64,000 bases of DNA from Octopus sinensis (lineage: Eukaryota): contig NC_042997.1 in assembly GCF_006345805.1 (NCBI RefSeq), positions 39,618,001 to 39,682,000 of the forward strand, read 5' to 3'. Below the pieces are notes generated by a model, which saw only the letters and a list, made by a program, of their open reading frames with translations, did not search any database and was not told the DNA's origin. A program made the translations under genes and the position numbers. Position 1 is the stretch's first letter, and every line of letters begins with the position of its first letter. Of this stretch, positions 13,164 to 25,591 are shown one piece after another.

Positions 13164-13385
13164 CCCTTTCGTTACCAACCTGGTTGAAACCGGCTCTGGC
13201 TCTGTAGTACAAAGGTCTTGTTTTCATAAGTTTTGAATTAAAATTTCCACCAAACCTTAGTCACAATTTATGTTCCTAGCACTAGCTGAATGATAACTAA
13301 GTTATTTTACTAAATTCTTTGTTATATTTAAAGAGTAATTGAAAGAAACACAGAGCATCTCAAAATAAATACAGTAACAAAAGGG
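13164..13385. mobile_element. piggyBac-like MITE (TTAA TSD, CCCTTTCGTTAC TIR)
   Basis: TTAA|CCCTTTCGTTAC...GTAACAAAAGGG|TTAA. Copies at 34750-34970 and 41788-42009. Confidence 0.8.
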
Positions 13386-14799
13386 TTAAGTCATATTATA
13401 ATACTAACACCTTGAGAAAAATTTATGACACCTCGCATTCTCTTTCTTTGAAATTCAAGAATTCAAGTAATTTATGTGATAAATTATGATTCAAATCTTA
13501 TTTGAATGATCTACATTATCTAAACCAGACATAGGCAACCTCTTTTGAGAAGTGGGCCACATGAGACATTGCTCGTTATTAGGCAAGCTGTACTACTAAA
13601 AAAATATTCAAGGTAATTTTTCATTAGGCATACCATTCAGAAAGTCTTGCAGGCCTCAGTTTACTCATGACTGATCTAAACATTGTCTGCATCATGTTTA
13701 AATGAAGGACACACTAATTTTAGTGTTTTATATAAGTTTATATATATTATATAGTATGGTTGTATTTTCTTTTATGTATAAACAAAAAGAAACATTAATA
13801 AAAAAAACCCCAATAATAGATAAGTAAATAAAAAAGAAGTGTCTTGTGAATGACTGGTGAATAAAATGCTTTAAAGGATGGTTAATGAGAAGTTTGAAAT
13901 GTTGAAAGTTAGAATATCTCAAGAAACACAATGCCATTTTTGGAATGAGTGTGGGTGGTGGGAAGTAGACAAGTAGGCACAATAAGTGGATTCAAGTAGC
14001 AAACTCTGAAGAACAGAGTTTGGTATAGTTGTTGTAGAAGAGGCATCCTGTTCTTCATTAGATTCTTTTGATTAAAACTTTATGTCTATATGAGAAGATG
14101 TATTGAAGCACATGGGAATAACAGAAGAATGAAATCAGCTGGGTTTTTAAAAATATTTCTTTGAAAATTTTCAGATTCATATAATAAATTTATTGAGAAT
14201 ATCTCAGTCATACATATAAAATAAAAATATTTCTTTACAACTGCAGTCGTCTTTACTGATTATCAATTTGATTAATCTTTGGAATTTTGTTTTAAGAAGA
14301 TTATTCCATTTGACTTTAGCACTAGTTGTTACTTTCTTATTCGGTGCATCACCACCAAAACATTTTCTTTTTATTGTTACCTGCTCTGCTGTGAAATAAG
14401 TATAATGAAAGAAAAATTGGTGCCTTACTCAGTACACCCAGTGCTTATGTATGATATGAACTCATAATAATTTTAAACAGATATATTACTCAATCAGCCA
14501 TTGAAACTCCTTGCAAAAAAAATAAACAGCTTGATACTTTTTGTGACAAACAATATAAATAAGAAAAAATTTCTTCTTTTATTCTGTTTTATTTTTTTTT
14601 ACTTATTTTCATCTGTATAGTTTGCACTTAAGTTCCTTCCAATTTTTACAATTTTAGATAATTAGAAGCTCTAGGGAAGTGCTTTAATAGAAACGAAACT
14701 TTAAATTGCATTATTACTTTTAGCACTGTAAGTATTTCTTGCATCTGAAGTTACCATTAAATGAATACGAGAAATTTCCTTAAAACCCAAACAATGAAT

Positions 14800-15230
14800 T
14801 ACAAGAAATGATGCTAGACAGGAAATAAGAAGGTAGATTTATTCAGCAGAGGCTGAGAGCAACAAGTTTAGCAATGTAGCAAAGAGAATGAGAGGTAGGA
14901 ACTATTCCAAATAGCTGAGTAGCGAGTTCATATGAACCAAGATTTAATTGACAATTGTGACTGAAATGACAATTGTGTATTGTACGCAATAACTGAAAAG
15001 TAAGGATTATGGAAGTATTAGGCTGAGGAGTTATTAAAAACAAATCTTTGATAATGAAAATGAAAGTAGGGAAAAGCTGTTGGCTATCAAGCATAGGTGT
15101 AGAGAATGTGAATGCATCAGTCTTTGTAGGTATTATTCTAGTTAATCAAGTGGTTCCGAGAGCATTGGATTGAAATTACCATTGTAAACTGCTACAAGAG
15201 CAAAGAAGATAGATACACATTTTCTGAAAA
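14800..15230 (-). pseudogene. Decayed LINE 3' ORF2 fragment
   Basis: The minus strand translates ...SHSLCYIAKLVALSLC, resembling the LxHRRxVAxLxLF block at CR1/Jockey ORF2 ends. Confidence 0.35.
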
Positions 15231-15244
15231 TGGAGAATGCTTAC

Positions 15245-15633
15245 TTTATCTTAAAGCACTCCGTCGGTTCCGACGACAAGGGTTCTGGTTGATCCGAATC
15301 AACGGAACAGCCTGCTCGTGAAATTAATGTGTAAGTGGCTGAGCACTCCACAGACACGTGTACCCTTAACGTAGTTCTCGGGGATATTCAGCGTGACACA
15401 GAGAGTGACAAGGCCGGCCCTTTGAAATACAGGTACAACAGAAACAGGAAGTAAGAGTGAGAGGAAGTTGTGGTGAAAGAGTACAGCAGGGATCACCACC
15501 ATCCCCTGCCGGAGCCTCATGGAGCTTTAGGTGTTTTCGCTCAATAAACACTCACAACGCCCGGTCTGGGAATCGAAACCGCGATCCTACGACCGCGAGT
15601 CCGCTGCCCTAACCACTGGGCCATTGCACCTCC
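15245..15633 (-). mobile_element. tRNA-derived SINE family D
   Basis: Minus-strand head GGAGGTGCAATGGCCCAGTGGTTAGGGCAGCGGACTCGCGGTCGTAGGATCGCGGTTTCGATTCCC has A and B boxes. Copies at 27334(+), 51293(-) and 54866(-). Confidence 0.85.
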
Positions 15634-16869
15634 GCTTACTTTATATACATATATAATGAGCTTCTTTCAGTTTCTACCTACCAAATCCACTCAAATGGGT
15701 CTGGTCAAACAGGGGCTATAGTAGACAACACTTACCCAAGGCACTACACATTGGGACTGAATTTGATTGGGAAGCAGGCTTCCTATCATACAACCACACC
15801 TACTTAGTGGTATCATAGTTTTGTAATCAGTTAATTTTATTGATTTCTTTTGGCCACATCCACCCAGGATAACATATTTTGTTTAGAGGAAGTGTAATAA
15901 TCGGCTGAATAAAATCAAATTAATGCTAAAATAATCATAGAGGAAATTTGAAGTTAAAATGTTAAATTAGTGAATTACTGACTGAGAAACAATTATTTAA
16001 TAATTTATGAAAAAATATTTCTATAGTTTTTATTTAATCAAAGAAAAAATTACTAGCTCATGTGATGTGATGCTTGGTAAAATAATTTGATATCAAACGT
16101 TATAAAATCTTCTTACTTTAAAATACTTTCATACTTTAAATCTCTATATTTTTTTATATTCTCATTTGTGATTTTTTAAAGTGTCTGTTTAAGTATCTGT
16201 AGTTGAGAAAATAAATTTTGACAGCTTGGACAATAGGGACATGGATGAACAACAAGAGAGATGTTTGGGAAGAGGGACATACTAGAGGGGTGAGTCATAG
16301 AGAAGTAAATGATGGATATTTTTGAGAAATGAGAAGCTATCCAAGGGGACAAAGATGAAGACTTAACAGTATGGATGTATATGTGTGTGTGTGTATATTT
16401 GTGTATATGAATGTGTGTGTATGTGTGTGTGCATTATTTGGGTATATGTATGTATGTATATGTATACCCATATACATGCACACACATGTATATGTATATG
16501 AATATGTATATTTATATTTGTATCCTGCCAAGCCTCTGACCTCACTTCTTATCTACCTGTTGATCACCTCTCTTTCCCACGCATTTCAATAATCTCAACT
16601 CTCTATCAGTCCTACCTCACTCCATCTCTTACCTCTCCCCCACCTATGAAGCTCACAAACTATAAATGTTTGCCCTGAATACTGTCTCATTGTTCTACCT
16701 CTCCATTCTTCACTAGACCTATGTATGAGAGACTACAGTCCATCCTGATTATTCCATCTGTGCCCAGCTTCTCTTCCTCCACCCATCTTGCTATTTCAAT
16801 AATCACTCTACCAATCATATCTCTCATTTCACCAGTTCTGATGCTCACTCATTCTCGCACTACCACCCA

Positions 16870-17268
16870 TACTCTTTACTCTTTACTCTTTTACTTGTTT
16901 CAGTCATTTGACTGCGGCCATGCTGAAGCGCCGCCTTTAGTCGAGCAAATCGACCCCGGAACTTATTCTTTGTAAGCCCAGTACTTATTCTATCGGTCTC
17001 TTTTGCCGAACCGCTAAGTGGCGGGGACGTAAATACACCAGCAATGCTAGGGGGACAAACACAAACACACACACATACACATATATACAAATATATACAT
17101 ATATACGACAGGCTTCTTTCAGTTTCCATCTACCAAATCCACTCACAAAGCATTGGTCGGCCCGGGGCTATAGCAGAAGACACTTGCCCAAGATGCCACG
17201 CAGTGGGACTGAACCCGGAACCATGTGGTTGGTTAGCAAGCTACTTACCACACAGCCACTCCTGTGCC
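16870..17268 (-). mobile_element. SINE family A
   Basis: Family A reverse complement. Confidence 0.9.
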
Positions 17269-17489
17269 ATTACTCCCTCTTTTCCTCTCATTGTCCTCCC
17301 CAATAGTTCTTCACCTCACCACCCTCTCATCTGTCCAGTTTTCCCACAATGAAACACCCCCACACCTTCCTCTGTATTTGGTTTAAACCAATTTACTAAA
17401 ATCTGTTTAATGCTAGGTGTGCACATCAAATGCAGAAGCAGACTGCTCATTCAGAGGTAATGTCAAATGCCCACTAGGAAGTCAGTGTA

Positions 17490-17770
17490 AAACCAAAGTT
17501 ATTGTGTATGAGGCGAGTTAGCATCAAAAGATTCCAGTGGAGCAATGCTGGTACAGAGGTATGTATGTGCTACAGAAAGACTCTTCAAAATCAGATTGCA
17601 CAACCTTCCTGAGATTCGCCAACACTACACCTGATTTTTTCCCCTCCATACACATGCAAGCATGTATCTGACTCATACACTGTTCACTTCCCAGACATTT
17701 GTACATTACTGCTTATGCCTTATATGCACTTTTGACAAGTTGTGGTGCACCTGAGCACTATATTCAATAA

Positions 17771-17830
<60 letters not shown>
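17490..17830 (+). mobile_element. LINE 3' end with (ATT)n tail
   Basis: The 3' UTR GTTGTGGTGCACCTGAGCACT followed by (ATT)n matches the LINE end at 38585-38815. Confidence 0.6.
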
Positions 17831-18092
17831 ACCACAGCTCCACTTTTAAAATCCAGGAGATATGTAATATTACAACATTATCAAGACACATATAGAATTT
17901 GAAAGATAATACAGCACAATATAATGTCAACTGGAGAATACTGGAAAAGTGCAGACCATGCCTCAACAGCAGAGGACTTGTAAATTTTGTTTAGCAGAGG
18001 GGAAAAAAATTGATAAGAAGAATTCCCTCCATCTAAGTTCATACCTGAAATCTAAAAGCAAATTGTTTCCTCCTTGCTCTTATGAATAGGTA

Positions 18093-18565
18093 TAAAAGCA
18101 CCATCCAAACATGGTTGATGCCAGCTCCCCTCTGGCTCCTGCACCGGTGGCACATAAAAGCACCATCCAAACGTGGTTGATGCCAGCTCCCCTCTGGATC
18201 CTGCACCGGTGGCACATAAAAGCACCATCCAAACGTGGTTGATGCCAGCTTCCCTCTGGCTCCTGCACTGGTGGCACATAAAAGCACCATTCAAACGTGG
18301 TTGATGCCAGCTCTCCTCTGGCTCCTGCACCGGTGGCACATAAAAGCACCATCTAAACGTGGTTGATGCCAGCTCCCTCCGGCCACTGTGCCAATGGCAT
18401 GTAAAAAGCACCCACTACACTATCGGAGTGGTTGATGTTAGGAAGGGCATCCAGCTGTAGAAACACTGCAAGATCAGATTGGAGCCTGGTGCAGCTTCCT
18501 GGCTTCTCAGACCCCCCAGTCAAACCGTCCAATGATGAGGATGATGATGATGATGATGATGATAA
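18093..18565 (+). mobile_element. SINE family B with five tandem 62-bp internal units
   Basis: Unit starts at 18093, 18155, 18217, 18279 and 18341, followed by the family B 3' body and a (GAT)n tail. Confidence 0.85.
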
Positions 18566-18625
18566 TGATACATATACATATACATATGTGTGAGTTTGTG
18601 TGTGTGTATATATATATATATATAT

Positions 18626-18960
18626 AATAATACAAATGGGTTGTAGTTCACTACAGCTGTTTCAGATGTGTTCTTTATTGACAAACAAAAGTGTTTCATC
18701 ATGCAAAAGAAAAACAAAAACAAAAAAAATATTTTCATCAAGTGAATGCTGGTAAGAATTAACAATAAGAACTCTCCTATCGAAACCAGGTCAGTCAAGT
18801 CATCTGGCACTATTTTCTGTTTGTGAGAAGTTCCTATTGCTAATTCTTACCTGTATTCACCTGATGAAAATGAGTTTTTTGCATGATGTCACACTTTTGT
18901 TCATCAATAAAGAACACTATCTGAAACAGTGTAGTTAACTGCAACCCATCTGTGTTATTT
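18626..18960. repeat. Imperfect fold-back (MITE-like) with ~140-bp arms
   Basis: 18626-18777 is an imperfect reverse complement of 18825-18960, e.g. ATGGGTTGTAGTTCACTACAGCTGTTTCAGAT vs ATCTGAAACAGTGTAGTTAACTGCAACCCAT. Confidence 0.85.
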
Positions 18961-19033
18961 TTATTCTTCATCTAACTTGGAACCTTTCATACATTTGGAT
19001 CTGGAGTCTATAGTTGACATGTAATATGTGCAG

Positions 19034-19128
19034 TGGATGTACCCCTGTATGACTTTGATGACACCTGTATTCAGTCAGTTACTTGTGAATGTATGCATAA
19101 CTGGAAGGACAAACCTGTATTTACTTCA
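19034..19128 (+). CDS. Candidate internal exon of an unidentified gene
   Basis: tgtgcag acceptor (weak pyrimidine tract) and strong TCA|gtaagt donor. Open in two frames (WMYPCMTLMTPVFSQLLVNVCITGRTNLYLL, or DVPLYDFDDTCIQSVTCECMHNWKDKPVFTS). No homology recognised. Confidence 0.3.
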
Positions 19129-20114
19129 GTAAGTATGTATATGTCAGTATATATTGTTGGTATACAGGTGTGCTATCCCCAACTCTACCTTGGTGCTTTT
19201 ACTTTTTAAATATCTGATATTTTCAAATCCTGAAAGTTACACACACACACACACACACACACGTTCATGCATTTACGTATAATTTTCATTGTAACTTTGA
19301 CTAAAATACTTAAAACATAAAACGTATTCAATCAAAAAGTTGAATAATTAAAATGACTCTTCTAAAATAAACCATAATAAAGACAATTATTTCTATCAAA
19401 TTTCCCACAGCTAAAACATTTCTTTTTATTCATTAATCTATAATAGAAAAGCAAAGCACATGGATGGACAGCTTTTAAGTTTAATGCTGTTAATAGGGTT
19501 CAGGTAGTGCTAAGAATGAATGATAATCATAATGAAGACAAAAGAATTCTAATTTCTTTGTTATATTTTATTAAGTGTCTCACATTTCTGATTTGAAATC
19601 CTCTTGGAATAAATTAAAATTGACTATAATTCTCTCTGATAAAATATATTTTTCTCAAAAGATATCTTCAATTTAAAAAGGCAAAGACCCCACTTTGGTC
19701 ATAAATGACTATGGGATTGCATGTTGAAATGTTTATTAGCCACACAGGGCTGAACACAGATGGGACAAATTACAAAGTAGAGCTTTTCTTTTTGGGAAGG
19801 AAAAAAAAAAGTAGGGTAGGTTTTTGATCAAAAGGGATCGTAAAAAGGAAAGAAAAAAAGAAAAAGAAACTGATCAATAGGGATTGTGTATCACAGAAAT
19901 GTCATGATGTAAAGTGTAAAGGGGGAAGCAAATAAGGTTTATCCATGGAAAGAAAAGCCGACGGAAAAGACCACAGTAACCTCGGTCAATAATGTCACAT
20001 GTTAACACATTTATTTGCAAGTAAGTAACTCTCTGTTTTAAATTTTTCTGGGTTCATAGGATTATGCTCAAGGAGGCTTCGTCATTCATACGTACCATCC
20101 TTGCTACATTCACC

Positions 20115-20393
20115 CATCTTTTTTACCCTCCGAGGCACAAGTCCAGGCAAGGTTGTTTACAGAAGACAAGAAGTTGCCCTTGCATACCAGCATCCCTTCT
20201 CCACATCACCGATGTTATCTAAGGGAAAGGTAAGGGGGCCAATATAGCTTGGCACTGGTGACGTCACAACTCATTTCTACAGCTGAATGAACTGGAGCAA
20301 AATAAAATATCTTGCTCAAGAACACAACTTGGTCTTGGAATCGAAACTCACTATTGCAAGCCTGATGTTCTAACCACTAAGCCACGTGCCTTT
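20115..20393 (-). mobile_element. tRNA-derived SINE family E
   Basis: Shares CAACTCATTTCTACAGCTGA...CTTGCTCAAGAACACAAC with 41198-41545(+) and 60660-61003(-). Confidence 0.75.
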
Positions 20394-20718
20394 ACATCTT
20401 AAATTTATTATTCTATATAAAAATACACGAGTAAATACACAAACCAAAATATGAAATATGTTTTATCAAAAAAGATTGTGCACATAAGTTAATCAGAAAA
20501 CGATGAAAACATAAGAAATAAAATTCTGAAAAAAATTGTGCCTGAACAATGATTAATCTCAGTAGAAAATGTATTAGTAACCATATGGGTGTCTTTTAGT
20601 CTGAAATGTAAGATGTAAACAAGAGCAATGTGAACTTAATATAGTTGTTACACTTATATATTATTTAACTAAACGTATGGAAGTGTCTAGCAGAAATATA
20701 CTGCTGTTTTCTTCATAG

Positions 20719-20869
20719 GTATCATTTTACAAACTTTGGTACAGCAAGCTCACTTCTGTTTGCTCTACTTTATATTAAGCTAATCCCAAAATATAGTAAC
20801 CTGAGTCTGCTTTATCAAAAAATAGAGAAGTCATCAGACTTCACTGTAAAGAAAACTAACAAGATAGAT
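20719..20869 (+). CDS. Candidate exon, phase-compatible with 19034-19128
   Basis: ttttcttcatag acceptor; 50 open codons YHFTNFGTASSLLFALLYIKLIPKYSNLSLLYQKIEKSSDFTVKKTNKID. The donor GAT|gtatgt coincides with the start of a microsatellite. Confidence 0.25.
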
Positions 20870-20957
20870 GTATGTATGTGTGTGTGTATGTGTGTGTGTA
20901 TGTATGTATGTATGTATGTATGTATGTATGTATGTATATATGGATATATATATGGAA

Positions 20958-20994
<37 letters not shown>

Positions 20995-21092
20995 ATATAT
21001 GTATATATGTATATACATATATAGACAGATATGTATATATACTGATATATATGTATATAAATGTTTATATATGTGTGTATGTAGATGTGTAC

Positions 21093-21158
<66 letters not shown>

Positions 21159-21325
21159 GTGTATAGATATGTATATAATCTATATACCGACACATACACA
21201 CACACGTGTATATATGCATATGTACATATATACATATCTATACATATATATAGTTACATATATACATTACATATATGTATGTATACATTCAAAGATATGT
21301 ATGTATCTATCTATAGATATAGATA
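20868..21325. repeat. Compound microsatellite (GT/GTAT/TA/TATC)
   Basis: Directly visible; it explains ORFs 20868, 20876 and 21085. Confidence 0.95.
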
Positions 21326-22040
21326 AGCAGAGGCCACCTGGGCACCTCATCTATATCCTTAAAGATACCTCTAATTTATTCTCACTCTCTCTTAAAAGGG
21401 ATTAGCCATGTAGCTCTTCTTTTACAATGAAAATCAGCTCTACTCCAACCTCTTTAATATAATGTATACATATGTAGAGGCATGCCTATGTGGTTAAGCA
21501 GTTCTCTTCATAATCATATGGTTTATGTTTCAGTTCCACTCATGACATTATTATCATTCTGAGCTATTCAAAGCCTTATGAATAGATATGGTAGATAGAA
21601 ATTTGGTTGATAATTTGTATAATGGTAACATATATTGAACATTTAACACCATTCATTATATTTTTACTTAACACTAAAGAGGTGGGTTAACAAGATGATA
21701 TAACATTTTAAAAAGTAATTATGTAATCCTGGCAGTAATTTGCCAAAATGTGTATATGTTTTATAAAGCTTAAAATACCATATATGTTCTCTGTATTTTT
21801 ATTAATACTATTACATGGTTTGTATTCTGCACACTAGCCTATCCTATGTTTTGATACCCCATATTGTACCAAATTGGATATAGGAGTGGAGTGTGAGACC
21901 TACTGCTGAGCTTGAACTTTGGTTACATGTCATGCTTCACAGCACATATATATATATATATATATATATGGTATGTATGCATGTATGTATGTATACATAT
22001 ATATATAATATTTACATATATATATATATTTTTACAAATA

Positions 22041-22080
<40 letters not shown>

Positions 22081-22094
22081 AGATGAACACATCA

Positions 22095-22168
<74 letters not shown>

Positions 22169-22179
22169 TATTCAGGAAG

Positions 22180-25100
22180 ACACAAAACAACAACAACAAA
22201 AGTGGAAACTACAACCCTATCCAACAGTGCAACCACACCTCCAGCCAAAAAGCTCCCTAAGCAGGAAAATTCTTTTTTAGCCATGTTGAACATGGCAAAA
22301 GAGATACACAAAAACATTCTAGCCATCACTCAACACCATCCTATGCTATTACCCCAGTGCACCAATTCCCCACATTGCTGCCACTAACACACACAAAAAA
22401 TCCAAGCCCCCTGCAACAGTCAAAACCAGCCACTACACTAACCTCCACATTCCTACTCAATGCACAAGGTGTCAGCCCTTCCATCAATGCACAAAAATGG
22501 AAGGTCCAATTCATTGAAGACTGGGTTGGTAACCATTCACACCACATCCCTTCTTCATTCTCACTGAGACCCACCTTGACAACTCCCACTTGGAAGCCGA
22601 AGTGAGAGTGAAGAATTTCACAACCATCCGCGCGGATCGTATCGGCAGGAGGAAGGGTGGAACTGCCATTTTCCTGCATGATTCATTTACGGCAGATGGA
22701 AATAGTATATTCTCCAACGGCTACTGTGAATCAGTCACCGTGCACAACAAAGCCAATGATCTGACAGTAATTGGACTCTATAGGCCGCCCCAAACACCCA
22801 TACTGTGCTTTAAAGAATGCCTCAACAGCATTAAGTGCTTTATTCAACAGTGCCATTCTAGCACATACTCATGATGGGAGACTTCAATCTACCCTGTGTG
22901 ACTGGACTACAAACTGTTTGAAACCAAGCACTCCCGCCTCAACCGCTGACAAAGAAGCAGCAGAGTCACTTTTCGACTTTACGAATGAGTTTTTCTTGTC
23001 CCAACTTGTCCTTGCACCAACAAGACATCAGAACATTTTGGACCTAGTGTTTAGTAACCACACTAACACTATACATAACGTTACAGTGGAAAAAACCCTT
23101 CTTTCAGACCATGACATGGTTCTCTGTAACATGAAATTCCACCAGCCGAAAGCTAATCCTAGTGACCTTCCTCCAGCCCACCCATTTGACAACATGGATC
23201 TCCATAAAGCCAACTGGGATGCAATCAGGAACGAGCTATCAAATGTTGACTGGTCCTTTACACATACACACATCTCCACCAACCATAAAACATCTTGGCA
23301 GATCTTTGTAGACACCGTCACAGACATATGTGCAAAACACTCCCCACCAAGACCTGTGAACAAAAAGTGCAGAATCCCCCAAAACAGAAAAAACCTTTAT
23401 CAGAAAAATAAAAAGAACAAACAAAAAAATTAACAAACTAAAGTACTGCCAACAGCAACACACACATTCGACAGCTATCGCACTGCTTGAATCCAAAAAA
23501 TATAACCTCCAACAATGCATGAAGTCCCTCATCAATAACCAAAGATCAGCTGAGGAGAAGTGGGCCATTGAAAAAATCAAACTCAACCCCAAAGTGTTCT
23601 TTTCATTTGCGAGGAAACGCAGGGTCACTGTCTCCACTGTAGGCCCTCTAATTGACGAAACTGGCACTCTCCAAGATAATGCCAAATCCATGGCCGAGAT
23701 ACTGCAGAAACAATACTGCTCTGTTTTCAGCAATCCTGATATGGCCGATCTGGGCTGTATCAGTGATGTCAACCCCCAACACACTATATCGGACATAACG
23801 TTTAGTGCCCCTGATGTCTTAGCGGCGATAAACGAAATAAAACACAATTCAGCAGTAGGCCCCGATAGGTTCCCTGCTTGTGTCCTGAAGGTGTGTCGAC
23901 ACCAACTTGCATCTCCCCTTGCTAATCTGTGGAGAAACTCACTGGATGCTGGCTATATTCCAAAAAACCTTCTGTCCCAGTCTGTTTGTCCCAGTTTTCA
24001 AAAAGGGAAACAAGTCCCTTGCAGTGAATTACCGTCCGATCTCACTCACCTCTCATATCATCAAGGTATTTGAGAGGGTGGTGAGATCTCAAATAACCCA
24101 ATTTCTGGAAAGCAACAGACGGCTGATCTCCAACCAACATGGGTTTCCGTAATGGAAGGGACTGCCTAACGCAGCTCCTGCATCACTTTGAGGACATTTT
24201 GAGAGCTTTGGGAGAGGGCTCCAACACCGATGTCATCTACCTTGATTTCAGTAAGGCCTTCGACAGGGTCGATCACAAGATCCTATTGAAAAAACTATCC
24301 AACATTGGTGTCTCTGGAAAGTTACTGAAATGGATTAAGTGTTTCCTGACAGACAGATCTCAACATGTTGTAGTTGAAGGGGTAAAATCAAGCCCAGCCA
24401 AAGTCAGTAGTGGCGTTCCGCAAGGCACTGTGCTGGGCCCACTTCTTTTCATCATTTACATTAATGACATTAATGACATCATCAAGCACAGCAACATAAA
24501 AATCTTTGCAGATGACTCCAAGCTACAGAAGGTCATAAATGAGGCGAGTGACCGGACATGCCTTCAGTCAGATCTACTGGCTGTTATCCAATGGGAAAAA
24601 AACAATATGCTGCTGAACGAGGATAAATTTGAGCTAATCCACTTTGGAAAAGAGGATGCCTGAAACTCCCATACTCCCTTCCTTCAGGTGAAACTCTCAC
24701 GGCGTCCAACAACATCAGAGACTTGGGAGTAATTGTGGACAACAACGTAAGCTGGGCCACTCATATAAACACCAAAGTTGACATGGCCCGCAGAATGTGT
24801 TCCTGGATTCTCAGAACTTTCCAGTCGAGAGATATCCACACCATTATCCTTCTCTTCTCCACCTTTGCCCGACCCCACCTTGAATACTGTTGTCCACTGT
24901 GGTCTCCCCACACAATACAAGGTATCATAAAAGTCGAAGCACCTCAAAGGGCAATCACAAAAAAGATAGATGGCATGACAGGCCTCGACTATTGGGGTCG
25001 ACTAGAAAAGCTAAAACTCTATTCTCTCCAACGTCGTCGTGAGCGCTACATCATCTGCATGATGTGGAAAATATTCCATCAGCATTGCCCAAATGATGTT

Positions 25101-25450
25101 GGCATCACCTTTAAGGTACATCCAAGGCTTGGGCCCCGTGCCATCCGCCCAAAACAAAAATCGCACTCTCATCTCATAACAACAATACGGCACAATTATT
25201 TCACCTCAATTGGCCCCGCTCTCTTTAACATTACACCAAAACGCATTAAAACAGAAACTGACCCTATAGGGTTCAAGAAGTCTTTGGACAGATTCCTTCA
25301 AGAAATCCCGGATAACCCCCTACACCCGGATATGTCTCTGTAAACAATAACTCTCTACTTGAGTGGGCCATAGTGCCCAAATTCTGACTTGAAAGACTTC
25401 ACCAGGTGGTGCTATTAAGTTAGACATGGCCTGGGCCAATAATGGCCGAA
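22180..25450 (+). mobile_element. CR1-like (CR1/L2/Jockey group) LINE: ORF1 tail plus APE-RT ORF2, frameshifted, flanked by (TA)n
   Basis: APE motifs FLLNAQG, GGTAIF, GLYRPP, MGDFN, NILDLVF and SDH. RT motifs YRPISLTSHIIKVFER, HGFRNGRDCLTQLL, YLDFSKAFDRVDH, GVPQGTVLGPLLFIIYIND and IFADDSK. C-terminal RPHLEYCCPLWSP and LQRRRERY. Confidence 0.95.
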
Positions 25451-25469
25451 ACCTATCAAAGTATCAAAG

Positions 25470-25503
<34 letters not shown>

Positions 25504-25522
25504 TATACATATATATATATAA

Positions 25523-25566
<44 letters not shown>

Positions 25567-25591
25567 CATATATATATATATATGTATATAT

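Noticed and set aside
14200-14400. Minus-strand terminal exon (EQVTIKRKCFGGDAPNKKV...)
   Set aside because: The acceptor is plausible, but there is no partner exon or recognisable homology; not distinguishable from chance.
18093-18402. CRISPR-like array
   Set aside because: The units are contiguous 62-bp repeats without unique spacers, inside a eukaryotic SINE, with no cas genes.
20868-22329. Long ORFs rich in Y/I/V/C/M (also 28101, 39942, 46732, 58926)
   Set aside because: They are translations of (TA)n, (CA)n, (GTAT)n and (TATC)n microsatellites.
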